Position numbers and translations under genes: made by a program. Shown here piece by piece: positions 1 through 9,884 of a stretch of DNA of 33,413 bases. The notes beneath the pieces are model-generated. The model ran no database searches. It saw only the letters and a program-made list of their open reading frames with translations, and was not told the DNA's origin. The stretch spans positions 1-33,413 of the forward strand of contig JAEOUE010000210.1 in the NCBI GenBank assembly GCA_016839515.1. The letters run 5' to 3'. The stretch is from Candidatus Hodarchaeum mangrovi (GTDB lineage Archaea > Asgardarchaeota > Heimdallarchaeia > Hodarchaeales > Hodarchaeaceae). How positions within the stretch are numbered: position 1 is the first letter of the stretch; each line of letters opens with the position of its first letter.

Positions 1-1932
1 ATCTCCAGTTTCTTTATCAATTCGTACATCGACACCCTGACTACCAAAAGTCCATTCATATGGTTGGTATTTTCCTGATTCCAAATCAGGAAACGTGACA
101 TTTCGAACCACAGAAGAGCCTGTTGAGAAGACTGGATTTCCCACAGTATGACCATCAGGATATTGATAACCTAAAACTAATTTTTCTAATGGAATGCTTT
201 GATTCCCATTTGAGACTTCAATTCCATTGTAAATTAAACCATCAGGATTACATTCAAGTACAAAACTTGCATTAATTTTGAACTGCATGATAGCTTTTTC
301 TGCCGCGTTTATTATGGCATTACCAATCCGCATGGTACTCATAGAAGCTACAGTTTGCCATTCATAAGGAGATAATTGTGTATTAATTTCAGGATTAATT
401 CTAATGTTCTGAACAGGGATTTGTAACTTCTCAGCAGCAATTTGAGCCAAGACTGTTCGATTTCCTTGACCCAATTCAATCCCTCCTATTGAAATATTCA
501 CAGTTAAATCCTCATTGAATTTAAGTATAACATTTGAGGAAGCGTTTGCAGCTTGAACAGGGGATTTTACCAAGGCTGATACACCTCGTCCATAAAAATA
601 TTTCGGATCTTCTTTAGGTAAAGGAGTAGCTTCAAGAGCTTGGGTCATTAAAGTAAAACACTCCCTTATATTACCATTATGCTCAGTAATGATTTGATCT
701 AAAGAATTGGTCTGTCCAGGTTTCAAAAAATTTAGAAATCGTACTTTCTTAGAATCAATTTCTAATTTATGAGCTAATTTTTCCATTAATCGCTCAATCA
801 TAAACTGACCTTCGGGATGGCCATATCCACGATATGCACCAACTGGAGGAGTGTTTGTATAAATACCCATTGATGTTAAATTACAGTTTGGAAAATAATA
901 AGGTCCTACACAGTTGTGTCCAGCTGCTAATACTATATTACAACTAGTATCTCCATAAGCTCCATCACTAAAATATAGTTGAGCTTCAATACCAACTAGT
1001 GTACCATCCTTCTTAGCACCTATCTTCATATGCCCTTTCATTCCCCTTCCTAACACAGTACCTTTGAAAACCTCCTCTCTTGTAAGAATCCATTTAACAT
1101 AATTTCCTGGTACAGATTTGCCAATATACGCTAATAATGGTTCAATAGTATAATCAGATTTACTTCCAAATCCCCCTCCTAAGTAATTGGGAATGTGAAT
1201 ATGAATTTTATTCATTTCCAGATCAAAGAGATGAGCTAATACTTCTCGTAAAACAAAAGGTGCTTGAGAACTACTCCACAGATGAAGCTCACCTGTTAAA
1301 TCCCATAAAGCAATTGCCCCATGTGGTTCAATGGCTGCATGATTCATTAATGGATACTCAAAATCATCTTCAACATATATGTCAGCATCTTCGAATACAT
1401 TTGTAAAATTCCCTTTTTTCAAATTATATTTGTAGAAAATATTTGTGGAGGGGATGGGTTGAAATGTAGGTAAATGTGTGTAATTTCCATTATCTTTATG
1501 AATTAAGGGAGCATTTGGAACTATAGCGTCCAAAGGGTCAAAAATTGCCGGTAATTCCTCATAATCCACCGTAATTTTATTAACTGCTTCTTTTGCTTGT
1601 TTTTCAGTATGTGCAATGACAGCAGCTATTACTTCTCCTGCATGTCTTACTTTTTCTGAAGCTATGGGTGGTTGATCAAAAATACAGGTACCAATTAATT
1701 TGTAATTTTCAAAAATCTTCGATTTGCCAGTAATAACCTTTATAACACCGTTAGATCTTTCTGCTATTGAATAATCAATATTTTTTATTAAAGCATGGGG
1801 GACTCCAGCTCGTAAAACTTTAACATATAAAGTTCTAGGAAATCTAAGATCATCTATATATTGTGCAGTTCCGGTTACTTTTTCAAGTGCATCGACACGG
1901 GGAATTGGTTTACCTACATACTTATATTCCAA
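1..1932 (-). CDS. Xanthine dehydrogenase/aldehyde oxidase family molybdopterin-binding large subunit (CoxL/XdhA-like); 3' end runs off the window
   Basis: Not in the ORF track; translated by hand in segments that share one frame. TTG start at 1932 has AGGTGT upstream. Reads MEYKYVGKPIPRVDALEKVTGTAQYIDDL...PHA, with Moco motifs LGGGFGSK, GAYRGYGHPE, IELGQG and WQTVASMST, and ...GVDVRIDKETGD at base 1. Confidence 0.93.
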   Translation of the reverse strand, partial: MEYKYVGKPIPRVDALEKVTGTAQYIDDLRFPRTLYVKVLRAGVPHALIKNIDYSIAERSNGVIKVITGKSKIFENYKLIGTCIFDQPPIASEKVRHAGEVIAAVIAHTEKQAKEAVNKITVDYEELPAIFDPLDAIVPNAPLIHKDNGNYTHLPTFQPIPSTNIFYKYNLKKGNFTNVFEDADIYVEDDFEYPLMNHAAIEPHGAIALWDLTGELHLWSSSQAPFVLREVLAHLFDLEMNKIHIHIPNYLGGGFGSKSDYTIEPLLAYIGKSVPGNYVKWILTREEVFKGTVLGRGMKGHMKIGAKKDGTLVGIEAQLYFSDGAYGDTSCNIVLAAGHNCVGPYYFPNCNLTSMGIYTNTPPVGAYRGYGHPEGQFMIERLMEKLAHKLEIDSKKVRFLNFLKPGQTNSLDQIITEHNGNIRECFTLMTQALEATPLPKEDPKYFYGRGVSALVKSPVQAANASSNVILKFNEDLTVNISIGGIELGQGNRTVLAQIAAEKLQIPVQNIRINPEINTQLSPYEWQTVASMSTMRIGNAIINAAEKAIMQFKINASFVLECNPDGLIYNGIEVSNGNQSIPLEKLVLGYQYPDGHTVGNPVFSTGSSVVRNVTFPDLESGKYQPYEWTFGSQGVDVRIDKETGD

Positions 1933-2082
1933 TATATTACACCTATTGAGAGGGATTATAATATAACTTTACCTATATAAATTTCTAGAGGGAAGATTAA
2001 GGAAAAATAAATCTCAAACATTGAGGGAGAATTAGTTAAATAAAATTGAATACTAAAAATTTCATCAAGTTTTAGGGGTTTT

Positions 2083-3339
2083 ATGTCCATGTATGATGTA
2101 ATTTTAAATGAAGAGGAACTTAAAGTCAAATATCAAGCACGAGAGTTTGTTAAATCTGTTTTACCTAGTCTCCTACGCCAGATGGATCGTGAAGAAATAC
2201 AATATCCAACTAAATATATTGAAGATCTAGGTAGTCAGGGGCTATTGGGTCTTCGATTCAAACATGAGTCAGGTGGAAGAGAACTTGGCTGGGTTGCTGA
2301 AACAAGTGTTATAGAGGAAATCGGGGTATTAGGTCCAGCATTAGGATGCCTATATTCCTTACCCAGTATCGTAGGAGAAGCACTCGAGCATTTTGGAACT
2401 CCTGATCAAAAAGAAAAATATCTTGAACCAATCCTACGAGGTAAACTTTTCTGTGCTGAGGCTTTGACCGAACCTCGAGGTGGGTCAGACTTCTTTGGTG
2501 CAACCTGTACCGCTGAAAAAGATGGGGATAGGTTCGTTCTTAACGGACAAAAACGTTTTGTCGTTGGAGCTGAAGGAGCCGATGTTTTTCTGGTGTATGC
2601 TAAAACTGGGTCTTCTACTTCAGATCCTAGACAAACGATTAGTACTTTCATGGTTGAAAAAAAGTTTGGAGTTCAAACTAAACATGTATATGGATTGATG
2701 GGTTCCAGAGGAGGTGGAACGGGAAGGTTATTATTTGAAAATGTCTTTGTGCCAGAAGAAAACCTTATTGGATCTCTGAATTCAGGAGGCGATATTTTTA
2801 ACCAAATGATGATCCCGGAACGGATGACTTCAGCAGCAGGTGCAGTTGGAAGTGCTCGTGCAGGTATTGAAATCGCGGCAAAATATAGCACCCGAAGAAA
2901 GGCATTTGGAAGACCAATACAAAAATTCCAAGCAGTATCATTCAAAATAGCTGATAGCATTACTCTTCTTGATGCTGCCCGTAGTCTAATTTATTCTACT
3001 TCACGACATATTGACACTAATAAAGGATTAACTAATGGTCCGATCCGACGATTAGTTTCTGAATCAAAGAAATTTGCCACGGAAGCTGCATGGACAATAA
3101 TTAATCATGCCATGCAAATAATGGGGGGTATTGGTTACACCAATGTTTATCCCATTGAAAGATTTCTTCGAGATATACGCTTAATGTCTATTTGGACAGG
3201 TACAAATGAAATTATGAATTTATTAATCCAACACGAATACTTCGACGAACTGGAAACTCAGGTAGTTGAAAAAAAGCCAAGAGACGTTGAGTTGGACGCT
3301 ATAGGAGCGGAATTTACTGAAGAGAAGATATTTGAATAA
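2083..3339 (+). CDS. Acyl-CoA dehydrogenase
   Basis: Motifs [40 protein letters not shown] and [15 protein letters not shown]. Confidence 0.95.
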   Translation: MSMYDVILNEEELKVKYQAREFVKSVLPSLLRQMDREEIQYPTKYIEDLGSQGLLGLRFKHESGGRELGWVAETSVIEEIGVLGPALGCLYSLPSIVGEALEHFGTPDQKEKYLEPILRGKLFCAEALTEPRGGSDFFGATCTAEKDGDRFVLNGQKRFVVGAEGADVFLVYAKTGSSTSDPRQTISTFMVEKKFGVQTKHVYGLMGSRGGGTGRLLFENVFVPEENLIGSLNSGGDIFNQMMIPERMTSAAGAVGSARAGIEIAAKYSTRRKAFGRPIQKFQAVSFKIADSITLLDAARSLIYSTSRHIDTNKGLTNGPIRRLVSESKKFATEAAWTIINHAMQIMGGIGYTNVYPIERFLRDIRLMSIWTGTNEIMNLLIQHEYFDELETQVVEKKPRDVELDAIGAEFTEEKIFE

Positions 3340-3385
3340 TTTCTACAGATTCTCTATCAATTACACTCTATGAGTTGAAATTAGT

Positions 3386-4951
3386 TTGAGTGTTATAAAA
3401 ACTCACCTTATTAAACAGCATTATCGTGATTCTGTTCAGTTAATGCGTGCTGCTTCTCAAGCAAGTCGTAAAGAGGGAATCGAACTTGCTTCTGTTTTAA
3501 TGGGTACTCCCAAGAATAAACCATTGCTTGAGGAGGTTAATTTATTAACAGAGGAAGCTAAAAAGGCAAGTCCGAATGATATCATTATTTCTGTCAAAGC
3601 AAAATCTGAAACTCATGCAGAGGATGCAATCAATTTTATTATTCAATTTCTAACTGAAGAAGTCGAATCAAGTCTTAATACAACATTTGAATATAGATCA
3701 TTACGAAGTGTTCTAGTTTCAAATCCTGATATTAATTTAACAATAATATCAGTTCCAGGAGAATATGCAGTCCGAGAAACACGCCTTGCACTTGAAAAAA
3801 ATATCAATGTGTTATTATTTTCAGATAATGTCTCTATTGAAGATGAAATTCGCCTTAAAAAAGAAGCACATAAACGGAATCTAATTTTAATGGGACCTGA
3901 TTGTGGAACTGCAATGATTAACAATGTAGGACTAGCTTTTGCAAATGTTGTTCGACCAGGTCCAATTGGTATTGTGGCAGCATCTGGTACAGGAACTCAA
4001 GAAGTCATGGTGTTATGTCATCATCTTGGAGTGGGTATAAAGCATGCTCTGGGAACAGGATCGAATGATGTGAAAGACAAAGTCATGGGTATATCTATGA
4101 TTGATGGGTTGCTGGCATTAGAAAAGGATCCTACTATTGAGCTGATTATTATCGTATCAAAACCTCCAGAAAATTTAACTTTTAATCGGGTTCTTGATTT
4201 TGTTAAAAAATGTAAAAAAAATATTATTATTAATTTTCTTGGGAAGCAACCTGGATTTTGTGAGTCTTCACACACAATTACCGTTCGGACCTTAGAAGAA
4301 TCAGCTCTCTCTGCGCAATATTATTTCAAACAAAAGTCATTAAAAAGAGTCATTGGGAAATTTTCTAATCTATCTGAAATTTCTTTGCTCATCAATAAAA
4401 GTATAAAATCATTATCAGCTAAACAAAAATATATACGAGGACTGTATGTAGGAGGAACCTTTACATTTGAAGCTGCGATGATTATCTTAGATTATCTCCC
4501 TGAAGGAGAAAAATTATGGACTAATATTTCCCTAAAGAATACTGAATTACTTGATGACCCAATGAAAAGTAGAGAACATACTTTGATTGATCTAGGAGCA
4601 GATGAATTTACTGTAGGGAAACCTCACCCTATGATCGATCAAACTGAGAGAACTAGACGATTTCTACAGGAAGTTACTGACCCTCAAGTTGCTGTTATAT
4701 TAATTGACTTCGTTCTTGGATTTGGATCGCATATAAATCCAGTAGAAGATATGATGGAAGCTTTAATAGCTTGGAAAAATCAAAATCATAAAATTTTTGT
4801 TGTTGCACATGTTTGTGGTACTGAACTTGACCCTCAAGACTATGAAGGAATAATCAAGACTTTAAAGAACCTTGGAGTATATATCATGCCATCAAATGCA
4901 CAAGCTGCCCTTTTAGCCTCATATATTGCATTTAGAAAACAAATCAATTAG
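3386..4951 (+). CDS. fdrA: FdrA/YahF-family acyl-CoA synthetase-like protein (succinyl-CoA synthetase alpha-related)
   Basis: Motifs YRDSVQLM, MGTPKNK, ISVPGEYA, FSDNV, MGPDCGT, GIVAASGTG and DLGADEFTVGKPHPMID; TTG start. Confidence 0.92.
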   Translation: MSVIKTHLIKQHYRDSVQLMRAASQASRKEGIELASVLMGTPKNKPLLEEVNLLTEEAKKASPNDIIISVKAKSETHAEDAINFIIQFLTEEVESSLNTTFEYRSLRSVLVSNPDINLTIISVPGEYAVRETRLALEKNINVLLFSDNVSIEDEIRLKKEAHKRNLILMGPDCGTAMINNVGLAFANVVRPGPIGIVAASGTGTQEVMVLCHHLGVGIKHALGTGSNDVKDKVMGISMIDGLLALEKDPTIELIIIVSKPPENLTFNRVLDFVKKCKKNIIINFLGKQPGFCESSHTITVRTLEESALSAQYYFKQKSLKRVIGKFSNLSEISLLINKSIKSLSAKQKYIRGLYVGGTFTFEAAMIILDYLPEGEKLWTNISLKNTELLDDPMKSREHTLIDLGADEFTVGKPHPMIDQTERTRRFLQEVTDPQVAVILIDFVLGFGSHINPVEDMMEALIAWKNQNHKIFVVAHVCGTELDPQDYEGIIKTLKNLGVYIMPSNAQAALLASYIAFRKQIN

Positions 4952-4962
4952 GAAGTGATAAT

Positions 4963-5133
4963 CTGTCAGATCTGGATGAATTATTACAAAAAGGACCAGC
5001 AATTGTTAATATTGGATTAAAATCATTCGCAGATTCCTGTGAAACTCAAGGTGTTCAAATAATTCATCTCAGATGGACACCCCCCGCAGGAGGAGACCCA
5101 GAACTAATAGATTTACTTTCAAAGCTGTTATAA
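4963..5133 (+). CDS. Small stand-alone 'FdrA domain' protein (56 aa), equivalent to the FdrA C-terminal / YahG N-terminal segment
   Basis: Not in the track. Translates as (M)SDLDELLQKGPAIVNIGLKSFADSCETQGVQIIHLRWTPPAGGDPELIDLLSKLL*, containing the N(I/V)GLxxF...WxPPAGG signature. The frame has no ATG/GTG/TTG upstream of the signature; a CTG at 4963 follows GGAAGTGA. Confidence 0.82.
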   Translation: MSDLDELLQKGPAIVNIGLKSFADSCETQGVQIIHLRWTPPAGGDPELIDLLSKLL

Positions 5134-5153
5134 TGAATATAGGACTTGATTGA

Positions 5154-6410
5154 ATGGATATTAAGAAGAAAATAACAGATGCGAATACAGAAGCCTTATT
5201 CAGGATGGAGAAAATTAGACCTATTTTAGTTGATATTGAACTTGAGGCATATAATATTATTCCTAGAATGACAAAAAAAACCATATTGCATGCAGGACCA
5301 CCAATTAAATGGGATAGTATGTCTGGTCCTCTAAAAGGAGCTATTGCTGGTATCTTAGTTTATGAGGGATTAGCACACGATTTGAAAGAAGGTTATACAT
5401 TAGCAGCTTCAGGAGAGATAGAATTTGACAGTAATCATGACCATGACACTGTTGGTCCAATGACTGGAATAACAGCCCCACATCAACCAGTATTTGTATT
5501 AGAAGATCCAGAAACTAAGAAAAAAGCGTTCTGTACCATTAATGAAGGAAGGGGCAAAGTTCTGAGATTTGGAGGTTGGGGAAAAGATGTCCTAGATCGA
5601 CTTATCTGGATGAAAGAGGTCTTAGCTCCGTCTCTTAAAAAAGCAATAAAACTTTCTGGAGGAATTGATATTAAAGCCATTATTGCCGAGTCATTACACA
5701 TGGGAGATGAAGGACATAATAGAAATCGGTCAGGAACTTATCTGTTCCTGAGTGAAATTGTTCCATATCTCTATAATTCTGTTGAAAATGAAATAGCTAA
5801 AGATATTTTTACTTTTATTAAAGAGAATGCAGATATTTTTCATCTTAACCTGTCAATGCCTCATTCCAAATTGATCGCAGATGCAGCACGAGATATTGAT
5901 TATTGCTCATTAGTAGTAGCTATGGCAAGAAATGGAACTGATATTGGTATTCAAGTTTCTGGTCTTGGAAGAAAATGGTTTACCTCACCAGCAACTATGG
6001 TTGAGGGATTATACTTTCCAGGGTATTCAGAAAAAGATGCCTGTCTTGATCTTGGGGATTCAACTATTTCTGAAGTTATTGGAATTGGAGGTTTTTCTAT
6101 GGCATCATCACCAGCTATAGTTTCATTCGTTGGAGGATCAGCTAATGAAGCTGTTTCACGAACCAGAAGAATGTATGAAATAACTGCTGGGACAAGTGGA
6201 ACATATACTATTCCTTTTCTTAACTTCAAAGGAGCTCCTTTAGGAATTGATATTAGAAAAGTGATCGAACTTAACGAAACTCCCCTAATTAATACTGGGA
6301 TAGCTCATAAGGATGCAGGAATAGGACAAATTGGAGCTGGATTGACTGCAGCACCTGTTCAGATGTTTCAAGAAGCCTTGAGATCTTTTGGGAAAAAGTA
6401 TCTCATATGA
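5154..6410 (+). CDS. ylbE: DUF1116 (YlbE/YahG) family protein, FdrA partner
   Basis: Motifs ILHAGPP, VGPMTG, NEGRGKVLRFG, MGDEGHNRN, MARNG, DLGDS.I.E..G.GGF and INTGIAHK.AG.GQIGAG. Confidence 0.9.
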   Translation: MDIKKKITDANTEALFRMEKIRPILVDIELEAYNIIPRMTKKTILHAGPPIKWDSMSGPLKGAIAGILVYEGLAHDLKEGYTLAASGEIEFDSNHDHDTVGPMTGITAPHQPVFVLEDPETKKKAFCTINEGRGKVLRFGGWGKDVLDRLIWMKEVLAPSLKKAIKLSGGIDIKAIIAESLHMGDEGHNRNRSGTYLFLSEIVPYLYNSVENEIAKDIFTFIKENADIFHLNLSMPHSKLIADAARDIDYCSLVVAMARNGTDIGIQVSGLGRKWFTSPATMVEGLYFPGYSEKDACLDLGDSTISEVIGIGGFSMASSPAIVSFVGGSANEAVSRTRRMYEITAGTSGTYTIPFLNFKGAPLGIDIRKVIELNETPLINTGIAHKDAGIGQIGAGLTAAPVQMFQEALRSFGKKYLI

Positions 6411-6419
6411 GGAATAGAA

Positions 6420-6941
6420 ATGAACCAGAAACATTCTCATGATCCTATAGAACTGAGAAAAGAACTCCTTCAATTGTTAGATATTTCAAGTCATAGAATT
6501 GACTATTTAACAACAGCAGCGACCCCTTTAGCCTCAGTAGCTACTTCAGCAAGTATTTTAACATTTTTGTCTTTGCAATTGTTTCTCAACGGTATAAATA
6601 CATTAACGCAGTTCTTAGCAGGAATTAACATCTTATTCTTGCTTTTAATGGTTTTTATTTCGTTAATGACACAAGTAATGATATACCGTGCTAAGTTGCG
6701 ATTGTCTCGGGTCAACCATGATTTAAATATTTCCAAAATTCTAGATCAAGCTAGTATCTCTTTAGATGATCAAAAGAGATTACGAAATCTAAGTCATTTG
6801 GCGAGAAAAAGTATAAGTACAATAGATCGGATTCAATGGATGTATACGCATGGTCTATTTAGAATTCTGTATGCATCTATCACCATTACTGTTTCTCTAT
6901 TAGTTTTCTTAATAATTATTGAAATTCCATTGCACTTATAG
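6420..6941 (+). CDS. Hypothetical membrane protein (about 3 TM helices)
   Basis: 173-aa ORF 9 bp after ylbE with a GAGGA RBS; hydrophobic stretches at about aa 36-56, 63-88 and 146-168. Confidence 0.7.
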   Translation: MNQKHSHDPIELRKELLQLLDISSHRIDYLTTAATPLASVATSASILTFLSLQLFLNGINTLTQFLAGINILFLLLMVFISLMTQVMIYRAKLRLSRVNHDLNISKILDQASISLDDQKRLRNLSHLARKSISTIDRIQWMYTHGLFRILYASITITVSLLVFLIIIEIPLHL

Positions 6942-7055
6942 ATGTAATAGAGGTTTAAGTCTTCATCCCTAAACCAAAATTTAAGCCTCAAAATTTTACT
7001 AGCAATCTTTAAAATTTTTGAAATAATAAAAAAGCGATTATAAGGAGGATTTTTA

Positions 7056-7490
7056 ATGTTATTAGGAAGTAACAAACATCTAAAAACAATCCAACAAAAG
7101 ACAAATGAGAATCAAGAATACCTTGATATGTGCAAAGGAGAAGGGAAAAAGTCTTTTACTTTTATTTTAGAGGCGGAACCAGAAAAAAGGGTAATTGATT
7201 CGATAACCATTGGTTATACTGAAGAAGATGGAGTAATACAAGAAATTTGGGAGGGATTAAGAGAGACTCAATTTGTTATTGCGGGACCATATGGAAATTG
7301 GGTTAGAATTTTGCGTCAGGAACTGGGGGCGACCAAAGCATTGACTATGAGAAAAATAAAATTGAAACAAGGATCATTAATTAAGCTGTTACGATCTTCT
7401 GATAGTACAGTTAAATGGATTCAAATTCTAGCTAGTATCCCCGTTCAATTTCATGGAGATTATGTATCTCAATCAACTGATAAAGGATAG
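7056..7490 (+). CDS. SCP2 sterol/lipid-binding domain protein
   Basis: Strong AGGAGG RBS. FVIAGPYGNWVRILRQELGATKALTMRKIKLKQGSLIKLLR matches the SCP2 C-terminal pattern. Confidence 0.72.
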   Translation: MLLGSNKHLKTIQQKTNENQEYLDMCKGEGKKSFTFILEAEPEKRVIDSITIGYTEEDGVIQEIWEGLRETQFVIAGPYGNWVRILRQELGATKALTMRKIKLKQGSLIKLLRSSDSTVKWIQILASIPVQFHGDYVSQSTDKG

Positions 7491-7497
7491 ATGAGTA

Positions 7498-8388
7498 ATG
7501 AACCTTTTAAATCTGAAGAATAAAACTGTAATCATTACAGGTGGTGCCTCAGGAATTGGAAAAGCTGCTGCAATCCTTTTAGCATCTCAAGGTGCTAATA
7601 TCGTTATTGCTGATCTTGATCAGGAGGGAGGTTCTCAATTAGAGCATCAATTACAGTCCTCTGGAACTAAAGCGATTTTTCATAAAACGGATGTTTCTAA
7701 TTCGCATCAAGTTAATGAATTGGTAGAAATAACATTATCAACATTTGATACTATAGATATTCTAGTTAACTGCGCTGGAGTTAGTGGTTTATCAGCTTAT
7801 AATGACTTAATTGAAGAAGAGTGGGACTGGACACTAGATACTAATCTAAAAGGAACACATTTATTATGTAACACAGTCTCAAAAGTCATGATAGAACGTG
7901 AGATCAAAGGAAGAATAGTAAATATTTCAAGTATTAACGATCAAATTCCTGTTGCAGGTATAACAGCTTATGCAACTAGTAAAGCTGCAATTTCTGGATT
8001 ATCACGAAGTTTGGCTCTTGAGTTAGCACCTTATGGAATAAACGTGAATACAATTCGTCCTGGAGCTATAAATACTCCAATGATGAAAGAGATATTAGAG
8101 CTACCCTCTCTGGCTAAAGAACTTCTTAAACAGATTCCACGTGGAAGAATCGGGAGACCTGAGGATGTAGCAAAAGTTATTTTATTTTTAATATCTGATC
8201 TTGCTGAATGGGTTACTGGAGCAGAGATACCTGTTGCAGGAGGAATGCACCTTGTTGGCGAAACAAGTTATTTGTATTATTTTGAGAAAGAGATGCAGCA
8301 TGAAGAGAAGCTTCCAGATATTCCTTTTACTCGACCATGGAAGAACTATAATATACTGGATTTTATAAATGGACATGATGAAGAATGA
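7498..8388 (+). CDS. Short-chain dehydrogenase/reductase (FabG-like, probably NAD(H)-preferring)
   Basis: TGGASGIG, acidic IAD after beta2, VNCAG, catalytic S..YATSK, and GRIGRPEDVA. Confidence 0.93.
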   Translation: MNLLNLKNKTVIITGGASGIGKAAAILLASQGANIVIADLDQEGGSQLEHQLQSSGTKAIFHKTDVSNSHQVNELVEITLSTFDTIDILVNCAGVSGLSAYNDLIEEEWDWTLDTNLKGTHLLCNTVSKVMIEREIKGRIVNISSINDQIPVAGITAYATSKAAISGLSRSLALELAPYGINVNTIRPGAINTPMMKEILELPSLAKELLKQIPRGRIGRPEDVAKVILFLISDLAEWVTGAEIPVAGGMHLVGETSYLYYFEKEMQHEEKLPDIPFTRPWKNYNILDFINGHDEE

Positions 8389-9368
8389 AATCCAAACAAA
8401 TTCTTATTACTGGAGCATCTTCAGGATTAGGGTTGTCTCATGCTATTTATTTAACTTATAAAGGGCATGAAGTAATTGGTACATATAAAAATAGAAGAGA
8501 TAATGAAATTCTTAAAGAAATTTTCTTAAGAGACCATACACGATATAAATATAGTAATAAAAAAGAATCAATGTTGAAAAAAGGAAAAATTTTCATTTCA
8601 CAGGATATTCAAGAGAAACTAGATTTTTTATTAGACCAAATCACTTTTATTCCCCTTGATGTTACCAAAAGTCAAGAAATAAGTCATTTTATCACGAATA
8701 TAGATGATACAGCTATTGATGTTCTCATAAACAACGCTGGAATCGGATACTTTGGCCCAGTGGAAGAATCCCCTATTGAAAACTGGATTCATCAATTCGA
8801 GGTAAATGTTCTTGGTTACGTCAGGATGATTCAAGCGATTCTTCCTCAAATGCGAGAACGAAGAAGTGGTTTAATAATTAATACTGCATCAATGGCAGGG
8901 ATGGCGACTATCCCTTTTCAAGCAGGGTATTCAATTAGTAAAGCGGGAATTATCAGACTCACAGATAGTCTACGAACAGAATTGAAACCTTTTGGCATCC
9001 ATGTCACAACAATTTCTCCTGGTGATATAAATACCTCGTTTGATGCTGCAACGATAACCTTACACAAAGCAGAAGCGAAATACAGATCTGATGAAATAGC
9101 TTCTATGATTCAGGAAATTCCACTGCAAAAAAGTTCTCCATATTATACCAGATCATTAATCGTATGGACAAATATTATTCAGAATCTGATTATTAGTCCT
9201 CCACCCATGAAAGTGTCGAAAAAGATTACTCAAGTTATCTCTACAAGAAATCCTAAAAGTTTTTACACCGCTGGTTCGCTACTTCAAACCACGCTTTTAT
9301 TATTCCTACAACGTATAATTTCACGAGAGTTCTTCCTTTGGATTATAGCAAAATTCTATGGAGTTTAA
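8385..9368 (+). CDS. Short-chain dehydrogenase/reductase (17beta-HSD-like subgroup) with an N-terminal insertion
   Basis: TGASSGLG, LINNAG, catalytic YSISK and PGDINT; ATGA overlap with the upstream SDR. Confidence 0.9.
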   Translation: MKSKQILITGASSGLGLSHAIYLTYKGHEVIGTYKNRRDNEILKEIFLRDHTRYKYSNKKESMLKKGKIFISQDIQEKLDFLLDQITFIPLDVTKSQEISHFITNIDDTAIDVLINNAGIGYFGPVEESPIENWIHQFEVNVLGYVRMIQAILPQMRERRSGLIINTASMAGMATIPFQAGYSISKAGIIRLTDSLRTELKPFGIHVTTISPGDINTSFDAATITLHKAEAKYRSDEIASMIQEIPLQKSSPYYTRSLIVWTNIIQNLIISPPPMKVSKKITQVISTRNPKSFYTAGSLLQTTLLLFLQRIISREFFLWIIAKFYGV

Positions 9369-9786
9369 TATCATGAGCATTGATAAAAATGAAAAATTTA
9401 TTGTAACTCTTGAAATAGTTGGTTCTATTGCTATTATTGGTTTTTGGATCGGTTGGTTTCTCGATATATTCAAATCTATCCCCTCTTCTGAGGAACTTTA
9501 TCCAATTTATTTCGCATTTGAATCATCTTTTCCCCTCCCGGATTTATGGATTGTCCTCCTATTACTAATCTCTGCTTATTCAATATTTAGTAATAAACCC
9601 TATAAGTCTCAACTCGCGGCATCAGCGGGTGGAGGACTTGTTTTTCTAGGATTAATTGATATTAGCTTTAATATTCAACAAAATATTTATTCATATGACG
9701 TTTTTAATGTTGTTATCAATATATTTTCTCTCAGTTTAGGAATTATTCTTATTTATTGGGCAATTTTAGGCTCGAAATCAACATAG
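9358..9786 (+). CDS. Hypothetical 4-TM membrane protein
   Basis: Four hydrophobic segments and a YFAFESSFPLPDLW motif; overlaps the SDR stop; alternative start ATG at 9373. Confidence 0.75.
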   Translation: MEFNIMSIDKNEKFIVTLEIVGSIAIIGFWIGWFLDIFKSIPSSEELYPIYFAFESSFPLPDLWIVLLLLISAYSIFSNKPYKSQLAASAGGGLVFLGLIDISFNIQQNIYSYDVFNVVINIFSLSLGIILIYWAILGSKST

Positions 9787-9884
9787 GTGGGAATACTTAA
9801 TTAACTTTGAATTTACCTTAATTTCCATATTAAACTAAAAATAACATCAAAAAATTAACCTATTTACTTGGAGATTACCAATTC

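Noticed and set aside
5069-5284. 71-aa minus-strand ORF between fdrA and ylbE
   Set aside because: It overlaps the motif-bearing plus-strand mini-FdrA ORF and ylbE.
6833-7075. 80-aa minus-strand ORF
   Set aside because: It is antisense to and overlaps two plus-strand genes and has no motif.
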